A stretch of 64,000 nt of DNA from Neoechinorhynchus agilis (Eukaryota > Animalia > Acanthocephala): positions 3,028,151 to 3,092,150 of the forward strand of contig CM121341.1 in assembly GCA_051530055.1 (NCBI GenBank), written 5' to 3'. Shown here piece by piece: positions 22,394 through 34,883 of this stretch (position 1 is its first letter; each line of letters opens with the position of its first letter). The notes beneath the pieces were generated by a model. The model searched no databases, was not told the origin of the DNA, and worked only from the letters and a program-made list of their open reading frames with translations. Made by a program: the position numbers and the translations under genes.

Positions 22394-25300
22394 TTAAAAT
22401 TCATCAATTCTTAAATACTCAATGGCATCCAGTACGCGTTTAGCTGCGTTTTCTTTATCGCTTTCCGTTCCTATACTTCTAGCAGGAATATTGACTTGTC
22501 CTGCAATAATCGCAACGCTGCCATCGGATAAATTCGTATCAGAAGTAACTCGTGTAAGACTGGAAGATGATCTCGCTATATTTAGATGGGCCAATGCTTT
22601 ATTAGGAGCAGGAGTACTCGTCGTCATTCCTGGATGGCTTTGAATTGATGGGAGAGTATCAAAATGCTTAACAAATCGACTCTCTGGTTCCTTGGAACTG
22701 TCGAGTAAATGCGCCACGCATTTCCGGTCCTCAATATCAACAAGAGGAGTCAATGTGTCGAATGCAACGAGCGCATTGAACACTGTTTCATTGACTTCTT
22801 TTTTATACAAATGCCAGTGAGCAACTGTCTTATAAAGTTCAACTAAACCTAATCGGTGATCAACTGGATTCAATAGAGTTGATATTCTCTCTACAACGAT
22901 ACCAACCGATTTAAACGCGCCTTTTGAACGTTTTGTCCAGCACGAATTACTCGAGGTTTCTAAAAAAAAGCCCATCGTTGATGGAGAAACTAAAAAATAA
23001 TAGAAAAACTAATGAAGAACTGTGTTTAGAAACCTATTGGAAAATACACTTTAAAACATTTTGAATTGAAAGGGCTGATTAAGTCAAAAAATCTAGGAAG
23101 CAGAATGTCATTAATTCCTAAGATTGTCGATTTTACTTTAAAAACTCGTGCCGCAAATAATTCGAGCCTTAGTTGTTTTTGAAAGTATAAAAGCATGCCC
23201 AACAGCTCTTCCAATTTGTCGTACAAATTCTGCGTCGTCGGACAAGTCAATAATATCCTTCAAACAACTTTTAAAAATTGTAATAAAGCATTTTGGACAA
23301 TCGGGGCTACCATATAAAGCAATCACTTTACCAACGGTAATAGTATTGGATAATCCCACTGGGAAAATACCGCGTTTAAGGAGCTTTTTTAATCCTAATA
23401 AAGTCGAACGTATATTTAGCATCGGTCTCAGGTCTTCCTCCCGTCCTCCTTGAATGGATACAAGACTTTTTGTAGTGCTGGCATTTTGTTCTTTTGTCGT
23501 GCTTGCTAAATGACAAGCAAAATCAAACATTTTTGCAGCAAGTTCGCTCATTTTAGGATCGTAGTTGACTACATCAAACGAACTTGTCCATTCATTTCGC
23601 TGTAGGATTCTCCGAGTGTCGAAAACCGACAGAAGATCGATGATAGCACTAAATGCAAACATTCCAAGCTCGAGTTTTGTGTTTTGAGGGATAAAAAGAG
23701 GTTCGATAACTTGATAAATAAGAGATTGGACTCGACCAAACAAAATATCCGTTTTCTTTGAAAATACCAATTCATTGTATTCACGTTGGCGATCTTGATT
23801 CTGAGTAGCTAGAACTCCATTTTCTACGAATCCACACAATGACCATAGGACGCTGTTCACAAGTAGACCAAGCGCTCTAAGACGAATGCTGGGATCGATC
23901 GACGGATTATTGACGAGATCAATTGGTTTTTTCCAATGATCGTATCTTGAATAACTATGATAGCGCGAAAAGCATTCTAATCTTAGTAGAGGTCCGTATA
24001 ATGTGTCTCTGAGTTCACTATTCAGTCTCCGTGATCCATGCGATTTGCGAAATGCTTGATTAAACTCATAGGTAAGCGTGTCCATTGTGCCGAAGATGGC
24101 CGAATCAATCTCCGATCGTTTTGATTCTCCGTGCGCTTTAAGGCGATCGAAACAGCGAGCAATTGCATGGATGACTTCGTCGTTAGTGGACGCATCCAGG
24201 AGTGATTGATTGAGAATTTGAATCAATGAAAATATTGTGTCATCGGGAATAGACTCGTCGTCTGGGAAAGTGTCGAAAATTCGTACTAAACACAAAAACT
24301 TATTTGCGTCCGATATATGCCGAGTAAAAAGTTCGACCATGCTCGAATTTATATTGGAAAATATCGACTGGCGCATCGATTGACAATAATCTGGATTTTC
24401 TCGTCTCTATCAAACATCCTCGGGGTCTTTATTAAAGAAAATATGACCTTTCGTCCCGTGGCACACCTTTAAAGACCTAACAACAAAAATATTTTGGGCA
24501 ATAAGCAAAACAAAATTTATATCCTATTACCTAAATTTGTGCGTTTCCGACTTTTGGCAACCGTTCGCTAAAATGCATGGTGAAATTTCGGGGCTTCCAT
24601 GGAATCGGTAACACTGCGATGCTGATCTTTCGATTAAAACAAGTAAAGGAGAATAATCACTTTGCCATTTAAAATCTAAATTTGATAATCAATGGTACCC
24701 GCGATACTAATATAATCAGGTCAAAAATTTCAGCTTAACCACCTTTGGAACTAACTGTAGAATGTGAAAATAAATGGCATAATCTTTAGAATTTTACGTA
24801 TTAAAATAATCCGAACTTGACACTTTATACAACGAGCATTAAATTTCATCCTTATGATCCGTTGAATCGTCCCTGTATATTTTTAAGGAGTTCGAAAATT
24901 TAAAAATTGACATTGGGTTGCAAGGCATAAAACTTGTACGTTTTAAATAAATGACAACCTAAGAATTTTTGGAATAATCTTTAGAATTTTATTTGCCGAA
25001 AATAACTCGAATTCGATAATTTTTGATACATTTTGTTACTAAATTTCAACCTTGTCCGTTAACTGTCCTGTATATTCTTCTTTAAGGCGTTCGAAAATTT
25101 AAAATTGACATTGTCGTAAAGCATAAAACTTGTACGTTTTAAATAAATGACAACCTAAGAATTTTTGGAATAATCTTTAGAATTTTACGTATTAAAATAA
25201 TCCAAACTTGACACTTTATATAACGAGCATTAAATTTCAACCTTTGGATCCGTTGAATCATTCCTGTATATTTTCAAGGCGTTCGAAAATTTAAAATTGA

Positions 25301-28300
25301 CATCGATGCAAGGCACAAAACATGCGGAGTCTTTCTTAAATAAATGCATAAATCAAATAATTTTTGAATAATCTTTAGAACTTGTACGTATTGGGGAAAT
25401 ATCCAAACTTGACACTTATAAGGTCAGAGAGTACTAAATAACCCTTGGATCCGTTGAATCGACCCTGTATATTTTTAAGACGTTCGAAAATTTAAAAATT
25501 GACATTCGATGCAAGGCACAAAACATGTACATTTTAAATAAATGACAACCTAAGAATTTTTGGAATAATCTTTAGAATTTTACGTATTAAAATAATCCAA
25601 ACTTGACACTTTATATAACGAGCATTAAATTTCAACCTTTGGATCCGTTGAATCATTCCTGTATATTTTCAAGGCGTTCGAAAATTTAAAAATTGACATT
25701 CGGTTGCAAGGCATAAAACTTGTACATTTTAAATAAATGGCAACCTAAGAATTTTTGGAATAATCTTTAGAATTTTACGTATTAAAATAATCCAAACTTG
25801 ACACTTTATATAACGAGCATTAAATTTCAACCTTTGGATCCGTTGAATCGTCCCTGTATATTTTTAAGGCGTTCGAAAATTTAAAAATTGACATTGGGTT
25901 GCAAGGCTATAAAACTTGTACGTTTTAAATAAATATTAACCAAGAATTTTGGTTAATCTTTAGAATTTTACGTATTAAAATAATCCAAACTTGACACTTT
26001 ATATAACGAGCATTACATTTCAACCTTTGGATCCGTTGAATCGTCCCTGTATATTTTTAAGGCGTTCGAAAATTTAAAAATTGACATTGGGTTGCAAGGC
26101 ATGAAACTTGTACGTTTTAAATAAATGACAACCTAAGAATTTTTGGAATAATCTTTAGAATTTTACGTATTAAAATAATCCAAACTTGACACTTTATATA
26201 ACGAGCATTACATTTCAACCTTTGGATCCGTTGAATCGTCCTGCATTTTAAGGCGTTCGAAAATTTGTGAAATTAATATTGGCCAGTAAGGCATGAAACT
26301 TGTACGTTTTAAATAAATGACAAACCTAAGAATTTTTGAATAATCTGAGTAATTTTACGTATTAAAAATACAGAGAAATTGACACTTGCCAATATATTAC
26401 ATTTTCAACTTTGGATCCGTTTGGAACGTCCCTGTATATTTTTAAGGGGTTCGAAAATTTAAAAATTGACATTGGGTTGCAAGGCATAAAACTTGTACGT
26501 TTTAAATAAATGACAACCTAAGAATTTTTGGAATAATCTTTAGAATTTTACGTATTAAAATAATCCAAACTTGACACTTTATATAACGAGCATTACATTT
26601 CAACCTTTGGATCCGTTGAATCGTCCCTGTATATTTTTAAGGGGTTCGAAAATTTAAAGATTGACATTCGGTTGCAAGGCATAAAACTTGTACATTTTAA
26701 ATAAATGACAACCTAGGAATTTTTGGAATAATCTTTAGAATTTTACATCTTACGAAAATCCAAACTTGAGGGCGCATAATATAAGTTCAAGTTTTCCGAA
26801 TTTTCCTCAATTTTTAACCTTAAAAATTTCGGTATCACATCTCGAAATCAAACCTTCGCAATTTAATGTGCAATCTGAGAACTTTCTGCACATTAAAAGC
26901 GACAATTTACGAATTGCTGGTACAAAAACGCAAAAATCTCAACGTCCTTGAAGAATCCAAACATGGTAATCACAATTGAAATCTAAAGATTTCCGCGTTT
27001 CCATACGAGCCAATTATAAAAAGCTCAGACATGTGAATTTGTACAACTGAAAATTCTTCATATTTCCTTGAGGTTCTTAGAAATTTTTGAAATTTGAGGC
27101 TGAAAATCTCTACTCTAATTATTGAGCTTTTTTCTTACATCCTGAGCAAACCGAGTACAAGATTCCACATAACCATTTTAAGATTTTGTATGCAATTTAA
27201 CTTTCATAATATCGTAATAATGATTTCGATCTTTTAATCTCAATAAAACACGAGGATGATTGACTTATATGTCTTTAAGACGACCGAATTTCCATTTACA
27301 GCTCTCTCAGCACAACATACAATTAAATCGATAAGCGTGCATTCGGCCTTATCACCCAAATTGTTTGGTTCATATAAAATATTAAATAGAAGCTTAAAAT
27401 CACTGAGCATGGACTTATAATCGGCCCAAAGAGCATCCACGAGAGTGGCGTTGCGTGCAGACAGATTCTGTGGGACTAAATTATGTTCATCGGCGAAAGT
27501 GACCAATTTCATGAAACGTTCGCGTAACGCCAGCTCACCATTGGCTCTGGACCGCTTCTTTTTTCTTTTTCCACCAACCTCCAGTTCCATATCAATACAC
27601 AAAATTAAGAACCGGGCAGCGGCTCTTGCAATCTTTGCATTTGAATGATAAACAAGCGAACAAATACCTTCTTTTTGATCCTCATGCAACTGGAATTGAT
27701 TTCCGCTTATTAGAAGCTGACCAATCACATTGATCGCAGCGGCACATACGCTCGTATCGCGATCCAAAGTCATGTTTATTATTCTACCTTTAAATCGATC
27801 GATAAAATTTGAGACGTTATCGGCTTTCTTAGCGATTTCAAGGAGAACTTCAAGGGCAAGTAAACGACAATCACTCATTTGATCGTAGAAGGCCCATCCA
27901 ATGTATTTATAGTGCTCATCGCAATTAAATCCAGGTAAAGAAAATGAGAATAACTCAGACAATTGTTGAAGACAAATGTACCGGATATTCCAACACACAT
28001 CTCGAAGTCCAGGTAAAACAACTCCATTTATAATAACAGTGAACAATTCTTTAAACTGCTCTGTCTTCAGTTCGTTGGAATGTGATTTGCAAAGTCCGTC
28101 AAGTATTTTTGTAGCTATGAAAACTGCGGTATGTCGAATGGCGCGAACATTGCAATTTGACATGTCTAAGAGACAAACACTGAAGATGCTTAATAGTTCT
28201 GATGATTGAACAAAAGAGTCGGTAAAGACCGCATGAAGAAATGTGCTCAAATTCTGTTTCAATTTTTTTGGATTGTTGATCAGTGGATATCTACCTGAGT

Positions 28301-29382
28301 GATTGGATGAATATTTATTGACGATTATCTCGAGTAAACGCTCTACTTCAGTGGGTAATGGTTGCATTCACGGACGAATTTGTAAAAGTTTTAAAAGTGT
28401 TTTTGAAATCGATTAAAAAGTATTCATTTTAAAACAGTGAAGGCTAATCGAAGCGTAGATTTAATGAAAAAATTCTAGTTTATATCTCGAAAGGCGATCG
28501 AGAATTATAAAAGCAACAAAAGTTCTATTTCTTATAAAAAAAATTTGTTGTAATGCATAAATGTTACGAACGAATATGACATTTTTATTCGAAGCCGTAA
28601 TTTTAATATTGCCTTGAAAGGTCTTTTTACGTTAAGAATAAACTGTAAAAACTTTTAAAAACTGTATAAATAAAATTATTAATAGTTTTAATTGACAATT
28701 ACTAAAAACTAAAAGTGATAATCTTTTAATGTATTTACTAAAAACACAATGCTCTTCAAATGAAAATTCCAAATCTGTTAATTTTTTGTTTAAAGATTCG
28801 AGATCAATCAAAAATAGTAACAAGCGAAACTTTCAATTGGCTAAAGATGTTTCAGAACATGCTAAGAAATATATTGTTTAAAAGAAGGAAAGTGCTTTAC
28901 ATTGACAATGAAAGCCGGCTAAACTGTTGCATAACAAAGATTTAAAAATTCCGATTTTATGGTACAAAAAAATTAAAGCATAGAAACAAGTTTGACTGGA
29001 AAACGAATTTGCTTTCCAATCGGATTTCATGTTAAATATTTAACTGAAAAGAATATAAAAAAGCAACAAACGCCCACTGATTTACGAAATTTTCTCCTTG
29101 AAGCATACTCACATCCAGTTTATAAGAAGGATTTGCAGTATGATAGAAAAGTTGAAGCATTCGAAAAATCGCAGATCCGCGATTAACCTCAAGTTCCTTA
29201 CACCATTTTTCTGCTTCTTCTTTAATCGCTTTAACATTTACATTAGAATTTAAAGTCGCAATAAGAGTTCCTGGTTCTTCAAGGTTTAATGGATTTTCTG
29301 AAGAAGATTAGACTTACGAGAGTGTTGTCCTGCAATAAACTGGAGATATTTCCATCATCGAAGGATAAAATCGATCCGACAT
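22394..29382 (-). CDS. STAG: Cohesin subunit STAG/SA/SCC3, multi-exon, with apparent frame lesions in this assembly
   Basis: Exon about 29382-29113 (AEKWCKELEVNRGSAIFRMLQLF; donor GTGAGT). ORF 28367-27265 (SGRYPL, VRAIRHTAV, RDVCWNIRYICL, YKYIGWAFYD, RFKGRIINMTLDRD, LVDALW). Fragments at 24650-24410 (FTMHFSERLPK). ORFs 24406-23138 and 22989-22394. In-frame stops or shifts at about 29308, 28368 and 24410-24650. Confidence 0.88.
24776..26770. repeat. Satellite, about 195-bp unit, about 10 copies, inside the long STAG intron
   Basis: GGAATAATCTTTAGAATTTT recurs at about 24971, 25167, 25365, 25562, 25757, 25951, 26145, 26530 and 26725. Confidence 0.95.
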
Positions 29383-29409
29383 CTAAAAAGACGAGAAATT
29401 AAATGATCA

Positions 29410-29970
29410 TTACAAAACGATTGCTTTATTGATACAAGAAACCGTATTCCGAACACGAATATCATCAACTCGATTAACACTCGCTAAAATCTGCTTCAAT
29501 TCGACGAGCATGAATTTTATATTCATCGATTGACTGATAGATGTCCTTAAAAGTTTTACCATTATCATTGGTTCATGCGCAAACCGCATAAACAATTCTC
29601 AATTCGTCAATAGTCAATGAACATTCTTGAAGATTTAAAAGACCGTCTAAAATGCAGAGATTTTTCCTTATTTCCACCAAAGAAAAATCTATGTATTTAA
29701 AGCAGCAACAACGCTTGATCCGTCATCTATTTTCGGATTAGAACAAATCGCTTTAAATAAAGCTCCAACGTTGAGTTCAGATAAAATGGAATGATTAATA
29801 GGATCATAAGCGAAATTGGCAAGATTTACGAGAATTTGAAGCTTGTGACTCTTCTTTGTTCGTGGATTTTGGTATTCTGCAACAAGTTGTCTATTGGAAT
29901 CTCGAGTCGAAGCGTTTGTGAAGAAATGATGAATGGACAAATCAACGCCAGAAACAGAATGATTCTGTCC
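29410..29970 (-). pseudogene. ARMC7: ARMC7 homolog with two compensating indels (pseudogene or assembly error)
   Basis: RQLVAEYQ...KLQILVNLANFAYDPINHSILSELNVGALF is the ARMC7 signature. Frame break at about 29690 (TAG); middle segment KNLCILDGLLNLQEC is in another frame; frame returns at about 29574; C-terminus ...DDIRVRNTVSCI, stop at 29410. Confidence 0.75.
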
Positions 29971-31056
29971 TTGAAAGAGGCGCTCGAATCAAACAGATCG
30001 ATATGAACCGATCAATCCCAATAATACACACAAAAAAAACTAAACCAACAAATCTTTAAAGACATTTGATGAGAAGGACGTACTGAAGAGAGTAAATCCC
30101 GTTCACCATTTCTAATTATTGGCATTGATTGATTATTCATCATCAATCGGACAAGGAATCACGAGATTTTAAGAGATGCAAAGACGGGATTAAAAAAGAT
30201 AATTCCTTTTACCGGGAATGTGAGATGAATTCCCTTTGTTGTTAAATCCTTTGTTGTCATTCTTTTGTTGTTGTTGTTCGCAATCGGCGGAGGCGCCATT
30301 TTTTTCGAATGCAACATTTATTCGTAGATAAATGCGGCAGTGATGTGCGTCGCAAATTTCCATTTTTAAGACACTAAAAGAATTCATTAATTCCGATATT
30401 TCGGTCGCATAATTAATTTTTACGCCATAAACAAAAATGAATAGTTCAATCCTCGTTCATTTTGAAGATAAAAATGTTTACAGATCCGAGGGATATATTT
30501 AAGAAAACAAGATTTATTGATGCTCCACGGCCGGAATATATTACAGGATTCCGTGTCGAAAGTATTCCGGTAAAAGGAAATATGAAATTCTTGAAACAAA
30601 TTCATCTCAATAACTTTTAAAATCGGGCATTTAACATTCGGTTACAGGAATTATCTTTTTTAATCCCGTCTTTGCATCTCTTAAAATCTCGTGATTCCTT
30701 GTCCGATTGATGATGAATAATCAATCAATGCCAATAATTAGAAATGGTGAACGGGATTTACTCTCTTCAGTACGTCCTTCTCATCAAATGTCTTTAAAGA
30801 TTTGTTGGTTTAGTTTTTTTGTGTGTATTATTGGAATTGATCGGTTCATATCGATCTGTTTGATTCGAGCGCCTCTTTCAAGGACAGAATCATTCTGTTT
30901 CTGGCGTTGATTTGTCCATTCATCATTTCTTCACAAACGCTTCGACTCGAGATTCCAATAGACAACTTGTTGCAGAATACCAAAATCCACGAACAAAGAA
31001 GAGTCACAAGCTTCAAATTCTCGTAAATCTTGCCAATTTCGCTTATGATCCTATTA
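29796..31056. repeat. Inverted duplication of the ARMC7 5' region: arms 29796-30206 and 30647-31056, spacer about 440 bp
   Basis: Arms of about 410 bp are almost perfect reverse complements. The right arm is a truncated plus-strand ARMC7 copy ending at ...FAYDPI. Confidence 0.95.
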
Positions 31057-32034
31057 TCAAAAGCTTCATTATTAAATAATCCTTATTTTTATTTCACTAA
31101 CATTTTATCACACCGGCCGAGTCAAAATAGATGATTATATTTTTTCAAATCAATTATCCGATTAAGTCCGCGATAATAAGTAGTTTCGGTGTAAGTCCAA
31201 CTGAACATGTAAAATTAATCTTTAAAGTTGCGATAAACAATATTTGATCTTCTTTTACGTTAAAATGACCATTTTTTCTCATGATAAAGAGAACAAACCA
31301 AATGAATAACAACCAATCGAAGATCATAAGGCCAGGATTTGCTGTTTTTCTGTAAGTGAATAAAAGAAAAGATCTTCCCAAGAGGAGATTATATCTCCAA
31401 ATCATAGGAAAAAGGCGTGGTTCGCATGTCATGTGGTCTTTTTAGAAATAATTTAAAAAATTCGCGAATTAATTATCATATTCGCAATTAATCAAAATGA
31501 TTTGACAGATATTTAATTGTTTGAAGTTCTACGATCAATCGGCGCAAATCTTAAAAGTACATACAAACAAAAAATTCAAAATAAATAATGCAATTTTTAT
31601 ACGGCATAAAATTTGGGATATAAAGTGCTAATTTTCTTAATTCTAATTTTTCAATTAAGTCACGGAAAATAAATGGGCGTTCTACGGATAAAATGGTGAT
31701 GATTAATTACTTTTAGTTTTCGAGCTATAAAAGATTTTTTTCTATTCTTGCTAATGAAAGTTGCTCATTTTAAGAGTCACAAAATCTGAAAAGCTCAACA
31801 AAAGATACTTTTATCAGATATCAAATATTTGAAATTCTGTACTGCAGTACCTCAATCGATTTGAGAAACTCCAATTTTCAGACCGTATTATTCAATTTAC
31901 GCATATTTCCTTTTCTAGAAAAGTGATTTTAGGACCGTAAAAATTTAATAACTTTAAAAAAGGTAACGAAATTGGAATTTTTGTTTTATTTTAACTATGA
32001 ATTAGTTTCCGGGAATTTTTCTTTTTACTCTTGC
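31056..32034 (+). repeat. About 950-bp dispersed direct repeat, copy 1
   Basis: ATCAAAAGCTTCATTATT...TTTACTCTTGC is nearly identical to 36682-37627 apart from a 30-40 bp indel. No TIR or TSD recognised. Confidence 0.9.
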
Positions 32035-32823
32035 AAATGGGATCAAGAAAGCATTAATTTGACTGACTTTGCCTTTGAGTTCAAAACGTAACTTTTTTGT
32101 AGATATTTTCAAAAGGAACAAAATTCACAATTTCTAAATTAGCCGCTAAGATGTAACAACAAAATAACCGTTAGTTCCCTCGTGCCAGTTGCCTTGTATG
32201 CCATACTTCATTTAAGACGGTTGAGGATAAATCTATTGTTCACGAGCTTTAAGAAAGACCGGAATCCGAGGCAGTTTATTCGGACGTCAATGAGTTATCC
32301 GATGGTCGAAACGTGGACATCTTTGAAGAGGATCTCGGCTTGGTGCCCAGCGATAAGATCGACCCTCAACCGCAGGATGCGAATTCGATGGTTGGCAATA
32401 AATCCGAAATGCCAAATGCGAATTCCAAATCAGCCAATTGTAGCAGTGCCTCCTAAATTAATGATCTGATTCCCTTTAAAATCCAATCGATTTTGAGGCG
32501 TTCGAAAAGAGCAAAACGCGATTGCACTTGAAGCGGATTAACCGATTCTGTGACCGATAGTGCAGAATTCAGTAAAAAGCAAATGTTAATGATACAGATT
32601 ACGAATTGCCTCAATTATTGCTCACACATTTGTAAAGAGATATTAAAATATGAAAAGGATTCAGATCTTACAAAACAAAATGAACTTATTGAATTGTTTA
32701 AACGTGTAACATCATCGATGAAATCGATGTAGCTCACGAAACAGCGAAGAGTATCAACGTTTACAGTGAAAATATTGGAGAGTAACCATCTTTTTGTCTA
32801 CGATTACGATTATCTTAACGATA

Positions 32824-33443
32824 GAAGTAAATTTGAAGCACTCTTCAAATCAAGCATCAGATTTGGAAGTTCTCTTCTGTCGAATTAAACTTGGCCGTAT
32901 TTAACAATTTTCAAATCAAATAAAGTGAAACGAAATTGCACATCAACGAATTATAGCTCGGTGCAGATGTAATTATTGAAAGCAAATGCTTGATATTCTG
33001 AACACATCTTCAGGAAATCCATTCTTAATAAAGCCAAAGCGATTGAACGATTCGCAGGCAGTTGAGTTAACGTCTTGAGCGATTTAATGGAAGTAAACTT
33101 GAAGCACTCTTCAAATCAAGCATCAGATTTGGAAGTCCACTTCTGTCGAATGAAACTTGGCCGTATTTAACAATTTTCTAACCAAATAAAGTGAAACGAA
33201 ATTGTACATCAACGAATTATAGCTCGGTGCAGGTGTAATTATTGAAAGCAAATGCTTGATATTCTGAACTTCCGTCCCGGAAATCAGTTGTTGATGAAGC
33301 GAAAGCGATTGACTGATTTACGGTATACGCTTAAGTTTGGCGGTTGAGTAAACTTCGTGAACGATTCGATAGAAGCAAGCTTAAAGCATTCTTCAAATCA
33401 AGCATCCGATTTGGAAATTCTCTTTTTTCGAATGAAACTTGGA
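32824..33443. repeat. Diverged tandem repeat, about 266-282 bp unit, about 2.3 copies
   Basis: GAAGTAAA.TTGAAGCACTCTTCAAATCAAGCATCAGATTTGGAA recurs at 32824, 33090 and 33372. Confidence 0.85.
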
Positions 33444-33796
33444 GCTTAAAACTACTTTTTATTATCTAACAATCTCATCATCGGCAAATGATTAAGCACC
33501 CGCGCTAAAGCCGAATTGATAGAGTTTTGTAAGCATATGAACTGCAAATCGCCATGCGAGCTAAAAAATCAGTTTTTGTTTCAGGATAATTACCTTTTTT
33601 ACAATATTTATCTTCAATAAATCAATGAACGATATACTCTTTTATGATACCTTCAGAAATAAGTCCCTGCTTGAATGAGAAATGATATCAAAGATCATTG
33701 GAGATATTGTAAAATAGTTGCACGCCTTAGATTGCCAAGTTTTCCACAATATATTTATTGATCCATAGAAAATCCTTCGGGTTAGTCAAAGTAAAG

Positions 33797-34007
33797 TTTT
33801 GGTGAAAATACTCCCGGTAATCGCATATTTGATTTATTGGAGATATTTCGCGAGGTGACATCGCCTCATCAGTAATTGTAAAAGTGTTAAAACCGCGACG
33901 TTCAAGTGCGGTTTTAACACTTTAACAATGACTGATGAGGCGATGTCACCTCGCGAAATATCTCCAATAACTCAAATATGCGATTACCGGGAGTATTTTC
34001 ACCAAAA
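33797..34007. ncRNA. Fold-back palindrome with a hammerhead motif in each arm
   Basis: Arms 33797-33896 and 33908-34007 (100 bp, 3 mismatches), 11-nt loop. Right arm 33932-33962: CTGATGA G GCGA TGTCACC TCGC GAAA TA TC (AUC triplet). Confidence 0.85.
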
Positions 34008-34883
34008 TTATATAATATATTTATTGGTTCCTTTTCCGAATCCCAATTAATCTGCGCTTTGATTATCTCCGAATAAGTGAGTCTATCCGCCGTCACAAAG
34101 ATGTTATGAACTATTATCTTTTCCATGACTGCTTAATTGGTAATTGAACCGTTCAATTAAGCGGCTTTTAATCGCCAGTCGATTTCAATGTTGATATTTA
34201 AATTACTCTATTGAACAAAAATCAATAAGCGTGTTCTAAAACTGAGTGATCGTTATTTTACTTGCACCGACCATTATCGTCGTAAAAATACTTTGTTTCG
34301 TGTTATTTTTGATCGTTTAGTAGTTCTCGTATATACGAGTATTAATACCTGGCAAAATTATTAAAAACCGTATTGTTTATAAAGACTTCCATTCAGCGAT
34401 ACTTTAAGAAACAAGTTTTAACGGTTGTAAAATCTTTTATAGCGAACAATTGGCCAATTTCGAGAAAATCGTTGATCTCTAATTCCAATAATTATTGTTG
34501 TTCGAAGTAAATGCGGATGTTTACGTAAAATTTATTTTCCTTGATCATTACAGCATACATGGGAATATTTTTGGAGAATTAAGTTTAAATTTTAAAACCA
34601 AATAGATCTAAATACAAAATCATAAATTCGGCTGCTGTTGCGAGTTTAATGTGAACTTTTTTTGTTACACATTATTAACTCATTGTTAAAAAAATAGGCA
34701 TTCAATGTAAGAAAATATTGTATAATCGCCAAACGACTAAAGTTGATTCCAGCTTCAATGTTTATAAAAATTTAAAATTTCCTTTAAGCGAACTTACAAA
34801 CTTTATTCTTTAAGTTTCCGGATTAAAATGGAATCAAGAAATAGCGACGCAAAAGACTTTAATCACCTTTTTTTAGACCTAAA

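Noticed and set aside
17243-28370. Alternative genetic code (TGA as sense) to explain several in-frame TGAs
   Set aside because: TGA is the apparent normal stop of Dvl (7225-7227) and the PWWP gene, and several lesions are frameshifts or TAA/TAG rather than TGA.
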